Positions 41,650 to 55,619 are shown, counted from the first letter of the stretch. The stretch: 64,000 bases of DNA from Octopus sinensis (GCF_006345805.1 NC_043006.1:77066001-77130000), one strand, 5' to 3'. Notes: generated by a model not told the origin, from the letters alone. A program made the numbers and translations.

Positions 41650-42032
41650 GTGGAGGCGCAATGGCCCAGTGGTTAGGGCAGCGGACTCGCGGTCGTGGGA
41701 TCGCGGTTTCGATTCCCAGACCGGGCGTTGTGAGTGTTTATTGAGCGAAAACACCTAAAAGCTCTACGAGGCTCCGGCAGGGATGGTGGTGATCCCTGCT
41801 GTACTCTTTCACCACAACTTTCTCTCACTCTTACTTCCTGTTTCTGTTGTACCAGTATTTCAAAGGGCCGGCCTTGTCACTCTCTGTGTCACGCTGAATA
41901 TCTCCGAGAACTACGTTAAGGGTACACGTGTCTGTGGAGTGCTCAGCCACTTACACGTTAATTTCAGGCGCAGGCTGTTCCGTTGATCGGGTCAACCGGA
42001 ACCCTCATCGTCGTAACCGACGGAGTGCTTCC
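41650..42032 (+). mobile_element. tRNA-derived SINE family 3, full length
   Basis: A-box tggcccagtgg, B-box ggtttcgattccc; perfect 17-bp TSD actccttgacttaggta (41633-41649, 42033-42049). Confidence 0.95.
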
Positions 42033-42429
42033 ACTCCTTGACTTAGGTAACGACACGACACTTGCTGGTAAGATTTCAATTGTTCAGTTTTACAGCTGAA
42101 TCAGAAAGATGGTAATGCACTGATATTTGTCTTTTAGTTAGGGAGAGACAACAAATTTCTAACCATCAGTGTTAGCTACTATCAAAGTTATTAATTATAA
42201 TCGATCTATAATTCTTCGACAAGCGCCTTGATTCGGCCAGCGCGTGATATCGGCAATATTGAGACATTAACATGAGCATACATACATAAATACATACGTA
42301 CATACATACATACTTATATATACACAAGACGCCTGTTGTTATGTCCTGTTATTATTATTATTATTATTATTATTGTTTTTTTGTATTTATATTCGTATTA
42401 TTATTATTATTTTTTTGTATTTATATTCG

Positions 42430-42665
42430 TGTAAAACCGTCCGTTTTTCTGTCCTTGTTTCGTATACATTTGATCCTTTTTCCAAGAAATCTAATGCTCG
42501 TAGCTTAGTTTTTCCTTGAAGCTGGCCAGATTGGAGCAACCTCAAGATTAATCAGCCGAAATTGCAGGAATGATCCGGTTCTTGACTGAAGATTAGAGGC
42601 TTCGAATGACCTGTCCGGGCTTTTGTATCGTCTATTTGAATGTTTTGCGTTCTTGTCCCATTTTG
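42430..42665 (+). mobile_element. Possible PLE pseudo-LTR fragment
   Basis: ttcct tgaa gctg...cagc c GAAA ttgc aggaa and a second CTGAAGA; T-rich tail into (TA)n. Confidence 0.35.
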
Positions 42666-42684
42666 TGTGTATATATATATATAT

Positions 42685-42733
<49 letters not shown>

Positions 42734-43299
42734 TATAGATATTATATGCATACACAACTATATACGCATATGTACGTACATACATGTATAAAACGAGCAT
42801 CTATTTCCGGAATAATTGTTGCAGTGGAACATGTTATGAACAAGAGCCTGGAAATATATTGGTAAGAAGAAGTAAACTGCGCAAGTAAATAATATAAGAA
42901 CACAGAATAAATGCATGAGGGTTTAAATTGCTGCCAAGATGCGCTACATTAAAATTTTAAGTAATTTATAGAACTTTAGATCTGCTAAAGTAATACCGGC
43001 TAAATATATGATTCAAGTAGACAAGTCGCTTAATATAGTTGTTGGCGTTAGAATCTACTGCCAGATGTTAATAGCATTTGCTTTAATGCCATAAGTATAT
43101 GTCTAAATTTATAAACTTACCACACCCGTATTGAAATAGAAAATCATAAACGACGTGCACATATATGTGCGCCCGCGAATGTGTTTGTATGTATGTTTGT
43201 GTGTACGTGTGTCTGTCTGTTTACACACATACACATAGTATATTGGTAAGTTCTATAAAAATGGGTTATTTTCCATAGTTTTCACGGTCCTTCCGAAAC

Positions 43300-43740
43300 T
43301 AGGAAAATTATGTTATTCACTCTCTTCTTAAACTCCTGCAAGTTTCTCAGCCAACAATTGATGAAAACTTAGTATTGGCTTCGGTTACATCATTCTACAA
43401 CTATGCTTCAGTGCCCTTCAGTTCCTGATAACACGTCTCGTTCAGATTGTTCCAGTTCCTCAGTCCCTATATCAACTTCTACCAAACCCTCACTGGCAAA
43501 TAACTAAAAGCTGAAGTCCCCGTCAGCTTCGTAGCTTCACTGATCCATCCCTTCAGAGCAAAACATTATGAAATACTAACACAACATTAAAAACTCGGTG
43601 TCTTTGTCCTGTTCCATCAACCTCAGATCATTCTGTTCTAGTATAGTTATGTATTTTTCAGGAGATATTAGAACTTTTAAATCCACTCTATAAGCGACAG
43701 CAACATATCTCCTCTCCATACCTTTGCAATTATTATTCAA
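43300..43740 (-). mobile_element. Decayed CR1/L2-group LINE 3' end
   Basis: Minus-strand peptides LQR..ERRY, GLRNWNNL and NLQEFKKRV in the order expected at CR1-group C-termini. Confidence 0.45.
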
Positions 43741-44044
43741 TCATGCAGTAATACTAAGTTAGCGATAATCTGTAACGACGAGAGTGCCGCAAACTCTGAA
43801 CGTTATATTTATGTTTCTTATACGCAATGATTGCAGTGTAAGTTGAAGTAAGGGTGGTTGCTTTCCTCAAAATTTCAGCTTGTTTTCCTCCAATATCCCC
43901 TATCCTAAACAGTAAAAACATTACTCATTTTATCGCGATGATGGTGTTGTATTCAGATCAACTGAACCATGCAGCCATTGTTAAGACACTCTAGTGGCTA
44001 CCGCTAAGCATCTCTCCGACGTGCTAACAATTCTCAACGCTATA

Positions 44045-44475
44045 ATAATGGTTTCAAAATTTGGGACAGGGTCAGTAGTTTTTGAGGGGATGAATAAATC
44101 GATTACATCAAATTCACTTATTTCATCGAATCCGAGAGGATGAAAAGCTAAGTCAAATTCCGCGGAATTTTAACTTAGAATCTAAAGACAAACGAAATGC
44201 TACGATGATTGTTTGCCGGCATGATGACGTTCCTGGCACCTCGTACTTGCTCAACGTTCTAAGGAAAATATCTTGTGCTCTATGTATAAAGTCTGAAATT
44301 TTGGTGGAGGAGGCTAGTCGATTACATTGACCCCTCGGCTCACCCCATTGTAAGAATTCCGAAAGTATGAGAACCAAAGTCGACCCCGACGGGATTTGAC
44401 TTCAGAAGGTAAAACTACGAACGAAATAGCGCTATGCATGATGTTAAGCATGCAAAATATTCCGCCATCTCGCCG
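44045..44475 (-). mobile_element. Two degenerate family-2 SINEs
   Basis: Decayed gtcgattacat...aaagtcgacc...ggaattt motifs occur twice. Confidence 0.6.
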
Positions 44476-44858
44476 TTTCGTTCGACGCTCAAGTAATAAG
44501 TTGAGACGATGTCAACTGTTGTAAAATCAGTCTTTTGTAGTTCATTGTCCTAAAAAAGGAGCAATATTTAAATGAAGAGATAGGATATAATCATTTAACA
44601 AAGAAAGGACAATTCTTTTCAGCCAATACTATGTACGTTCAGATGAAGGCCATTTAGGAAAAAAAGAAAACATGTTTGTCTAGTCTGATGAAAAGAATTA
44701 TTACGCGGTAAAGCGAAAGAACGTTTAAGTAAACAAATGCAGCAGATGTAACAGATAAATATAAAGGGAAAGAACATCATAAAAGTCATTTCATTAATTT
44801 CTGAAAAATATCGTTTCTTACCACAATGAACAAAGCTGATACACACACACACACATGT

Positions 44859-45084
44859 GGAGCTGGCAGAAACGGTAGCGCGCCGGGCGAAATGCTTACC
44901 GGTGTTTCGTCTGTCATTACGTTCTGAGTTCAAATTCCGCCGAGGTCGACTTTGCCTTTCATCCTTTCGGGGTCGATAAATAAAGTACCAGTTTCGCACT
45001 GGAGTCGATGTAATCGACTTAATCTCTTTGTCTGTCCTTGTTTGTCCCCTCTATGTTTAGCCCCTTGTGGGCAGTAAAGAAATA
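44859..45084 (+). mobile_element. SINE family 2, young copy
   Basis: Near-identical to 23165-23396. Confidence 0.92.
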
Positions 45085-45558
45085 TACATATCGCACGTGC
45101 ACACACACACACGCACCCACGCATATATATCCACCTTGGCCACACGTCTGGCTCGGCGCTGTAAACTGGTGCGTTGAAAATTAAAAAAGAATCTACCCAG
45201 TGTAAACAAGTCAAACGGAGAATGGAGTTGTTAGTTGAATAGAACCCGATGGCGCGTGAGTGAGTGATTGCTTGAGTGACATGAACGTGTATACATAATT
45301 TCAAATTCACGTTGAGGATGATACCACAAAAAAAAAAACAAAAAAACAATTGCCTTCAAATTCAGTTAGCTAGGAAAATCGTTAGCTCAAAATACTTCAG
45401 TTGAAATTTCAGTTCAAATCTTCCCGAGGTCGATTTCGTCTTTCATTTTTCTCGGGTTGAATAAAAGAACTACCATTCAGGTAATGAGGTGGATGTCATC
45501 ACCTAGCACTCGCCTCCAATATACATACGTACATACATACATACATACATATATACAT

Positions 45559-45598
<40 letters not shown>

Positions 45599-45600
45599 AT

Positions 45601-45720
45601 TTCGCCCACTTCTTAGGACCGACTGACTCGTGCTCCACCGCCGTTGGCACGGAACCTTTCTCTACTTCGGTCTTCAAAGGTCTCGTTCGAATATTTGCTA
45701 CTACCACGAGATCTGCACCC
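45601..45720 (-). pseudogene. 28S (LSU) rRNA fragment, probable retrocopy
   Basis: Reverse complement GGGTGCAGATCTCGTGGTAGTAGCAAATATTCGAACGAGACCTTTGAAGACCGAAGTAGAGAAAGGTTCC...GTCAGTCGGTCCTAAG matches the conserved eukaryotic 28S core upstream of D7a. Confidence 0.93.
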
Positions 45721-46384
45721 ACATACATACATATATACATACATACATACATACATGCGTGCGTGCGTGTGTGTCTGTGTGTGTGTCTTTGTGTGTGTGT
45801 GTCTGTGTGTATGTGAGTATTTCGAAGGCAGGTCATTGGCATTGTAGCACAATGCTTGGCAAGTATTTCGTCCATCTGTCCGTTCTAAGTTCAAATTCCA
45901 CCGGGTCCCACTTCGCCTTTTATCCTTTCGAGGTCCATTACATCATAACATGTGAACCAGTTGATCACAGGGGTCGATGTAATCGAGTTTCCTGCTCCGG
46001 CTCGAATCATTGGCCTTATACAAAGCGTCCACCTCTAACGTCCCATGTCTACTAATGCATAATAATAGAGAAGGATATCATTAGTTTTCCCGCTAAAGCA
46101 GGGAGCTGCGGAGAATCGTTTGCAAGTCGGACAAAATGCTTAGTGTCATTTCCTCCGGCATTATATTCTCAGTTAAAATTTCCCCGGATTCGACTTCAAC
46201 TTTCATCAAATCGTTATCGATGAAAACAAATACCGGTTGAATACTGAAGTCAGTGTAATGGATTAGCCCATTAACATAACTTCAGCCTTGTGTCTATAGC
46301 AAAGACAAACAAATAATTTTGTAACTGAATGACAGATTAAGAGAGAATTCGTTTAATAGCTTTTACATCTAATGCATATAATCA

Positions 46385-46765
46385 GTACTTACGTGCACTT
46401 GTACTTCTGGCGACATTCACCCTAGGCGGGTTGAGTCGGCTTCTTCTGGAAGACGTTTCGTGGTAATATGTGGATTTCACAAGCGGTCCCCAACAATCCC
46501 GCATGTAGAGACATCCTGTTTGCCGTAGATTGTCCGCAGACGCAGAGACAGAACGACCGAGGAGCCGCCGGTTGCCGAAACAGACACACCGAGGATTTTC
46601 ACCAGAGCCCCGTCTGCCGGGTTGTGGCCCTAATACCACTCGGTGTCAGACCAAGCCGCCTTGGGTATCCCTACCAGAGACCTTAGTTCTCGACGGCATA
46701 GCTCTGACACTACCCGTTGCCAGCGTCCCCACCATGGTGAGGAGGGATGGACTTTGGGGACGTAT
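46385..46765 (-). mobile_element. Probable 5' UTR of an RTE-clade LINE
   Basis: GC-rich island; minus strand catggtgggga...gagctatgccgtcg...tctctggtagggatacccaaggcgg...ggtc resembles recalled RTE/BovB 5' UTR motifs. Confidence 0.55.
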
Positions 46766-47329
46766 ATAATCAGTGACAGGATTTGATGAGCCCTCAAAAT
46801 CGCCCGCGACTCTGAGACGAAATTTGTAGTGATAACAGTAATTAATACATTCGGTTCTTTGTCACCAAAATAATATAATATGATTCTTTCGCTGGCCAAG
46901 TATATATAGGCTACTTCTTTGCAAACAATAATGAATATTTCGGAGTTATGACATAAGATTTAATAAGAGAAAAAAACAATGGAAGGAAGAAAATTTGTTA
47001 TAGCGTATTACAATGAGCACGTGTGCATCTATTTGTGTGTATATGTGTGTGTGTTGGTGTGCGCACACGCATATGACATATTTATGTGGTTATACACACA
47101 CACATACACACACATCTATCTATATATATGTATATATATATAATATATATATATATGTAGATATATATATATATATATATATAATATATATATATGTAGA
47201 TATATATATATATATGTGTGTGTGTGCATATACGTATGATAGGAAATGAGCGTGTATATATGTGTGTGCGTGTGTGTGTGTGTATGGGTGAGTGTGTGCA
47301 TACAAAGAGAAAGAGAGAAATAAAGAGGG

Positions 47330-47995
<666 letters not shown>

Positions 47996-48299
47996 CATTA
48001 GAAAGAAGAAGACAGTGTAGCGGAAAAACAGAATAATGATGAAATTAAGAGCATTCATGTCGATGGCGTGAAAAGTGAATGGATAAGGAAAAACGGAAAG
48101 TGATCAGAGCCATAGTAAATTAGTTTGGTGGACAAAATATCCAGTAACATACGATGAAAGGATAAGGTATTACCTAATGGTGTGTGAGAAAAGAGTATTG
48201 ATTTGACACGAACATGAAGATGAAGAAAGATGTATAGAAAGACCTTTAATTTTAACGAAGAAAAATCAGTCTCGAATTGATTTTTCGACCGTTCTGTAT

Positions 48300-49060
48300 C
48301 TGAGGAAATGTTTTTAGTGGTACAAAAATTTAGGTCCCTACAATAATATTACTTCCAAAAGCCAAAAATCAAAAGGTTCCAATGCCCAATATCTCTCTTC
48401 TTTGCTCCAGGCCTCATATCCTTTGATCCAATCTTCAACTCCTTTGCTTTAGTCAATTTGATAAGGCGTGATAGATATTTTCAAGGAGTATCATCTGAGA
48501 GCGTTGAAACAGCTCATAAAACAGTAGAAACTGGTGGGAAATATGTGCCTACAAATACTACAATGAAACTACAAAATTTTTTCTGCGTGTGCCAGGTGAA
48601 TTTCAGGTTAAATATTAAATGTAACAATATTATGAAAACCTGTGTACGGAGAAATGTATTCATTTGTATATAACTAGTTTGTTTAGTGAGATGCCATATA
48701 AAATTGCTCACAAATCTTTTGAAAGTAACTACATTGTCGAAGCATACATTGGGCAAGGAGTGTTTTCTCGACACTGGCTTGCTGGATTGTAAATAATTCA
48801 TTGAATAAAAGAATGACAGAGAAAATCGTTGTAGAGAATGGGCAAGTATTCTTTCTTTGCACCTGCTTGTAATAGATACACTCGTGCGTGATAAATTCAG
48901 TCTCTGAAGCAGAAGCGCAGCAAAGGAATTCAAAAATATGTAAGAAAGATTGCTGTATCTGCTTGGAATATATGTGGCTCACTTCCCTGTCATCATTCGA
49001 CTTATTTTCTTTTTTAATAATAACACCGCAACGTTATTCCTGTAGGATCTAATATTCGGT
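48300..49060 (-). mobile_element. Heavily decayed PLE reverse transcriptase region
   Basis: EF...YYKQVQ, a YVDD-position relic (CFDN) and LKFT in order; upstream of and co-oriented with the pLTRs at 47.3-48.0 kb. Confidence 0.45.
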
Positions 49061-49325
49061 ATCGTGAAATACCATGTTACTATATGTATATATACCAAAA
49101 CGTCTCTGTTTGACATACATACATACATGAATACATATACATATACACAAACACACAAACACAAACATATATACATATATCGTCGGTAAATCATAAATCC
49201 TTAAACGAAGCACACTCGAAGTTCTAGAACAGTAGAGTATATGGATAAAAAGTAGATAAGGCCAGTCTATGAGGTTACCCTTGTTTTTATGTCCAAAAAC
49301 CGCTTACCTTTACAGCATTTTTGTA

Positions 49326-49720
49326 GGCGTAGGAGTGGCTGTGTGGTAAGTAGTTGGCTTACCAGCCACGTGGTTCCGGGTTCATTCCCACTGCGTGGCA
49401 CCTTGGGCAAGTGCCTTCTACTATAGCCTCGGGCCAACCAAAGCCTTGTGAGTGAATTAGGTAGACGGAAACTGAAAGAAGCCCGTCGTATATATGTATA
49501 TGTATGTGTGTGTGTGTGTATATGACTGTGTGTCTCTGTTTGCCCCTCCCCCCCAAAAAAAAATATGGTGTGTTTACGTCCCCGTAACTTAGCGGTTTTT
49601 GCAAAAGAGACCGATGGAATAAGTACTAGGCTTACAAAGAATAAATCCTGGGGTAGATTTGCTCGGCTAAAGGCAGCGCTCCATCATAGCCAAATGACTG
49701 AAACAAGTAGAAGAGAGTAA
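49326..49720 (+). mobile_element. SINE family 1, near full length
   Basis: ggcgtaggagtggctgtgtggtaag...gcgtggcaccttgggcaagtg. Confidence 0.92.
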
Positions 49721-50225
49721 AACGTATGTATGTATATGTGTATGTATGTGTGTGTGCACGGGGGAATCTATGCTGATTTAAAAACAATAATTCAGTGCAA
49801 TATTTTAAGTTCGGCATCTCAAGTACTTGATGATTTGGTGATGCTGCAATAATGATTATGTTTTCAAGTGCTTTCAAGAGCTCTGAAAATTGTGAGTGAA
49901 AATTCCTGCCATTATTTAAATTATTCCCGTTTGTAATCTGAATGTAAATATCTCCAAGACTCGACTTTTCGTTTCACTGCTCTATGATCGATAAATACGT
50001 ACCAATCTTTTCAAGGTATAGATTCAGTTAACTGTAAATTATAATTAGTTCAAAGATTACGAATACTCTTTTCACTAACGATTTCTTTACTGGAAATCTA
50101 GAAATAGTAAAATATGTGGGTGAGATGTGCTTGGTTAGAGTGTATAAAATATATACATATATACCACCAGATGTATGTATATATATATAATGTATATATG
50201 AACACCGCCACCAAATGTATGTACG

Positions 50226-50259
<34 letters not shown>

Positions 50260-50265
50260 ATATAT

Positions 50266-50301
<36 letters not shown>

Positions 50302-50703
50302 GGCGAAGAAGGGGATGTGTGGTAAGTAGCTTACTTACCAACCACATGGTTCCGGGTTCAGTCCCACTGCGTGTAACCTTGGGCAAGTGTCTTCTACTAT
50401 AACCTCGGACTGACTAAAGCTTTGTGAATGGATTTGGTAGACAAAAACTGAAAGAAGCCCGTCGTATTTACGTATGTGTGTGTACGTACGTGTATGTGTA
50501 TGTTTGTGTGTCTGAATTTGTCACCTCAGCTTCACTTGACAACCGATATTGATATGTTCATGTCCCCGTAACCTAGCGGTTTGGCAAAAAGGCCCGATAG
50601 AATAAGTACTAGGTTTACGAAAAATAAGTCCTGGGGTCGATTTCTTCGGCTAAAGCCGGTGCTGCAGCATGACTGAAATAACCGAAACAAATAAAAACTA
50701 AAA

Positions 50704-50706
<3 letters not shown>
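50302..50706 (+). mobile_element. SINE family 1, full length
   Basis: Both halves present; inserted in (TA)n. Confidence 0.9.
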
Positions 50707-50744
<38 letters not shown>

Positions 50745-51537
50745 TAGACGTGATTTTAAATTCCCAGGTGCAGGATAATGCTAATAGGGCCGGAACAGGA
50801 TAAGCTACCCCTAATTTTGAAGAAAAAAGTGTTGGCGGCCGGTTGACTAAGGATAATCATAATACAGGAAATCACGAGATCAATCCCAGCATGCATCACC
50901 TAGTTTTTTTTTTTTGTATTTTTTTCATCTTGGAGTCGCGCCAATCCAAAGTTTGTTAGTGAAATGATCTGAAACTGAGTTACAAAAGATGGTTTTTTCG
51001 CGACCGATATTTGTGAAGGACCCAGTGCTGGTCGAAATCATAGACATACTGTGATTGCAGATGATTGCTTTGTGTCCCTGCGTTGTCAATGACATTTCTG
51101 ATTTCCCCTTATTCAATCTCATGGCAGATTTGCATGTTTTGAAGCATAAATATACGCACGTATGTTATAACTTGCAGTGGATTGATCCTGTTTTACTTTG
51201 TAAGATTTGATATTTGTGTAATGAGATATGTCTTTTCAAACATGAAATCGACTTAGTCACGTTATACTGAAGTTGAATAACCTGAGCAAAGAGTGAGGAC
51301 GTTGCATCAAGTCGGTCTTTTATAGGACGTCAAACGAATAATACACCTAGTCTTTAAAAAAAACTCGTTACCACATGTTTCGCACTTGCAGCACATTATG
51401 CTTTCATTATGTTCTTATGACAACCCACTCGACGCCAACAATTTAACCATTCGTGCTCAAGGTGACCCTCTACAAATGTTGCACAATACTTTCTTATATG
51501 TATTTGCAACCAAGTTTTTTTTCCAAACATTTTAAAT

Positions 51538-51835
51538 ATTTATTATTTATGCGCCCTTTTCAAACCTAGCCAGGTTTCCCGGTTTCTATGGCGTATGTGT
51601 TTCCTCCAGTTGGACAGGACACCAGTCCATCGCAGCGTTACTCGAAAAACAGGAAGAAAGAGTGAGAGAAAGCTGGGGCGAAAAAGTATAACAAGCGTCG
51701 CCACCACCCCATGCTGGAGGCTCGTGGAGCTTTAAGTATTTTCGCTCAGTAAACACACACAATAGTCTGGTAATCGAAACCGCGATCCTCCGACAGCAAG
51801 TCCGCTGTCCCAACCACTGGGCCATTGTGCCTTCA
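51538..51835 (-). mobile_element. Chimeric SINE: family-3 head/body + family-4 V-like tail
   Basis: 5' part matches 41652-41845; switches at ttcctgttt to gtaacgctgcgatggactgg...aaaagggcgcat of family 4. Confidence 0.88.
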
Positions 51836-52647
51836 CTTTCAAGCATTTACCATCGATTCTAACTTCCTTCAGGCAGGCTTTTTCTGTTTCTTGATCTGTG
51901 TACAGGTGTTTTCCGGTGCTAAGCTCATCGCAGAACAGCTTCTTTGGGTTTTTATTATATTCCATACATACTACATAGCTTGACCTACGGATTTGGGTGA
52001 GTGTGAGGAGCGGATTGATGCTCGTGCAACCTGCGTTTCCAAGGAGCTCTTTGTCAGATGTTTCAGTTTGCCACTTGATAGCGAGGATGCTGAACGATTC
52101 TATGAAGCATTGAAGCATTGAAGCATTAACCTGTTTGAATTAAATTCTAAATGTTGCCTTCAATACATACCAAAATGATATTGTGCGGTTGGATTATCTC
52201 CACTGCCACTGCAGTAATTCTATCGCTGTGATAGATAATTCGATGCTTCCTCTTATACATAGATATGAAACAAAACATATTTCTTTAAACATGCACTCAT
52301 AACATCAATGCTAGCCCACGCACTGAAAAATAGGAAAAGATAAAAATACCAATTAACCAATAATATGTGCAAAATTTGTCAGCATTAGTAGAATATGAAT
52401 TAAAAAATATTGAACAGAAAGCACAAAGTAATTATTTTAAATGTTTATTCAATATGCTCATTTTAAGATCATGTCGACAAATACACCCACCAGTGTACTG
52501 TCTTACATCACGAAGAAATAATCTACCTCACATTTTATTTTACCGTTCAATAATCACGAAGGAAATGCCTTCAAACTTTTATATTTAATTTCTCTCTTTC
52601 TTTCTCTCCCCTCTCACTTTCTCTCACTCTTATTCTTCACCTATTTA

Positions 52648-52662
52648 CCTATCCATCCATCC

Positions 52663-52724
<62 letters not shown>

Positions 52725-52741
52725 ACATCTATGTATCTATT

Positions 52742-52774
<33 letters not shown>

Positions 52775-52924
52775 ATCTATCTATCTATATATATATATCT
52801 ATCTATCTATACATCTATCTATCTATTTATTTATCTATCTATACAACTATCTATGTATCTATATCTATCAATTTATCTATCTATTTATCTATCTATCTAT
52901 ATATCTATTTATCTATTTATCTAT

Positions 52925-53006
<82 letters not shown>

Positions 53007-53035
53007 GTCTGTCTATCTATCTATCTATCTATCTG

Positions 53036-53084
<49 letters not shown>

Positions 53085-53105
53085 TTATTTATCTATCTAT
53101 ATATT
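52648..53105. repeat. (TATC)n / GATA tetranucleotide array, about 450 bp
   Basis: Seen directly. Confidence 0.97.
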
Positions 53106-53247
53106 TCCTATCTCTCTGGATATCGCTTAGTGAAAATTGTTTCATTTGCGATCAGTCGTTTATTGATTTTAGCGAATAGAAGTGTGTGTGCGTGTGTGTG
53201 TGTGTATGTGTGTGTGTGTCTGTGAGTGAGTGCGTGCGTCAGCGTGG

Positions 53248-53278
<31 letters not shown>

Positions 53279-53920
53279 GCCACCTGTGTTTGTTTCAGTG
53301 AGTACATTATCTATGTAAACTTATGTATATGTGTGAAGTTGTATATTTTTTCAAAAAGAGTAAAAAAAAAATGTAGTTTTCGTTTTTACATTGTATCTTA
53401 TTTTGTGTATTATTACAACTACTCCAGTTTTTACCCGTCATTCGACAGATAGCATTCAGAGAATACTTCCAAGAACATGAGTAATATCAGAAAATTTAGC
53501 ATGCATACAATAATTATAATTTAACTTTTATCAAATTCCATTGTGGTTACACAAAATAATGAAATGGATATTAATTTTCAAAAGAGAAATATTTATTACC
53601 TTAAAATATAATTCCAGAAAACAAATTTGTCGTCAGTACCACTCCTCCTAAATCTTTGTCATTTTCTACATCTCTTCTTTCCTACCCTCAGCCTCTGTCT
53701 CCATGATTCATTCTTTGTCAATGTATATATATATGTATATATATATAAAACCAACATTAACGCATTGCCTGTTATCAAGCCTAATATCTGCACTCAACTA
53801 GCTGATAACTCTCCCTGTATCGCTCTTTTAAGCTGTTTTGTTTTTTACAATCTCTAGACATATAATGCGTGTCTAGATAAATCGACAAACCAAACAACAC
53901 TTACATTTCAGAGATGAGGA

Positions 53921-54929
53921 ATTATGTACATTACTTACATTTGGCGGATATTTGTCCTCATCTTGTTTGTTGTTAACATAACGTTTCGGCTTACGGTAAA
54001 CGGATGTCCTGGATCCATTCTTCACGAGATGATATCTAAACTTCAATGTCCACCATCCATACAGTGTAAAGAGAGGGATTGCTCAGTGCCTAAATCTTCG
54101 TACAAATGATATAACTAGCGATCCTGATACACACCACGAAGAAATGATCAAGCTAATTAACAATGTATTAAGCAACAACTACCCCAAAAACATATTATTC
54201 ACTCCAATTATGAAGAGAAGAGAGGATGAAACCCATAAATTGACCACAGTCTCTCTACCCTGTGTGAAAGCCCTATCCGAAAAGATACAAAAGATATGCA
54301 TCCCATATGTCATCAGGACCGTATTCAAGAGTAATACAACACTTCGCAAATATCTCCTTCGGGTAAAACCGCCAATAGAAGATAATAGGACCGAGGACTG
54401 TGTGTACTCCATCCCATGCAGCAGTCGTAGGTTATACAAAGGCGAAACATGCCGCCCCCTCAAAATAAGAGTAGAGACACATTGCAAACCTTTGACATGA
54501 GGAGATATTGATAAATCGGGTGTAGCTGATCATGTATGGAAAAAAGAAAACCACCTCCCTATGTGGGATGAAGTTAAACTAATAGACAGATTACACCACT
54601 GGAAAATGAGAAAAAGAGGCAGCACATATGCTAGAACATAATAAATTCCTAAGCAGACCTAATGCAGATATGAGCAGCATAGGGGAACCGGTAAAAAAAA
54701 GGAAGGATAGGGAAATATTAGATTTATAAGCCATAAAATTCACTCCAAGATTCAGTGTTCTATTCCAGGCAATAATAATAACATCGGGAAAATACCTTAG
54801 GAATGAGAACCCAGGTTCGAAACTCCCCTCAGGACACCTCATGAAGGCTGGGGAGTACATCAGCCGAAACGTTGTGTTAAAAACAAACGAAATGAGGAAA
54901 CATATCCATCAAATGTAAATTGTGTAGAC
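53921..54929 (+). mobile_element. 5'-truncated Penelope/Poseidon-type element: GIY-YIG pseudogene, pLTR with minimal HHR, inverted partial pLTR at the 5' end
   Basis: LPCVKALSEKI...CVYSIPCS..LYKGETCRPLKIRVETH...SGVADHVW; 53921-53991 is the reverse complement of 54862-54929. Confidence 0.92.
54834..54877 (+). ncRNA. Minimal type I hammerhead ribozyme motif (G5C, probably inactive)
   Basis: acac CTCATGA a ggctg-loop-cagcc GAAAC GTT gtgt. Confidence 0.85.
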
Positions 54930-55619
54930 AAACAACATTTATATCGACTGTTAAACACAAGAATTTCACGTTCATGTGACATTAATAACTACGATTGTTT
55001 ATAGTAATTTCTTTGTGGAAGAATCTTCTTGGGTGAAACGATTTTGCTTCTGTCCGTCTTTTAAGTAATTCTTAAATTACTTCTAAAAACGAAAACCATC
55101 AGAGTGGTTGACGGTTTTCTTTCATATAGTGTATTTCTTCGTGAGTCGAAGCTCTGTACTTCAAAAAGAATATTCTACTACAAATCTCACAGCGAGTATC
55201 AGTAATATTTCTATGCTTAGTAAATGTTTCAGAGCGGTTTTAAAATATGAACATGTCTCAGTGCACGATGCCAAATTAGCCACCAGTGCTCATAGTCACC
55301 TATGATTATTTTAAGATCATCTTGACAAATACACCCACTTGTCCATTGTGTTACATCACAAAGAACTAATTTATCTCACGTTTAATTTTACCGTTCGATC
55401 TCCATGCACGGCTCTGAGTTTTGTGTGTATGTGTGTGTGTGTGTCTGTGCTTGTGTGTGTATATAATGGATAGTAAAACGAATGGTTTACACCTGGAAGC
55501 TTACTGGTAAAGTGCGGTCTCTTTCACAGTGATCGTTATGTATATGGGTATATGGCATCTTCCGTCTTCAATTTGCCATGTATGTATATGTGTATATATT
55601 GGTAAAAACGGTAAAATAA

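Noticed and set aside
41652-41725. tRNA gene
   Set aside because: A/B boxes present but no proper acceptor stem; it is the head of a TSD-flanked SINE.
50926-52300. Possible FLYWCH/MULE-like coding relic on the minus strand
   Set aside because: Only loose Cys/His spacing, disrupted; not distinguishable from chance.
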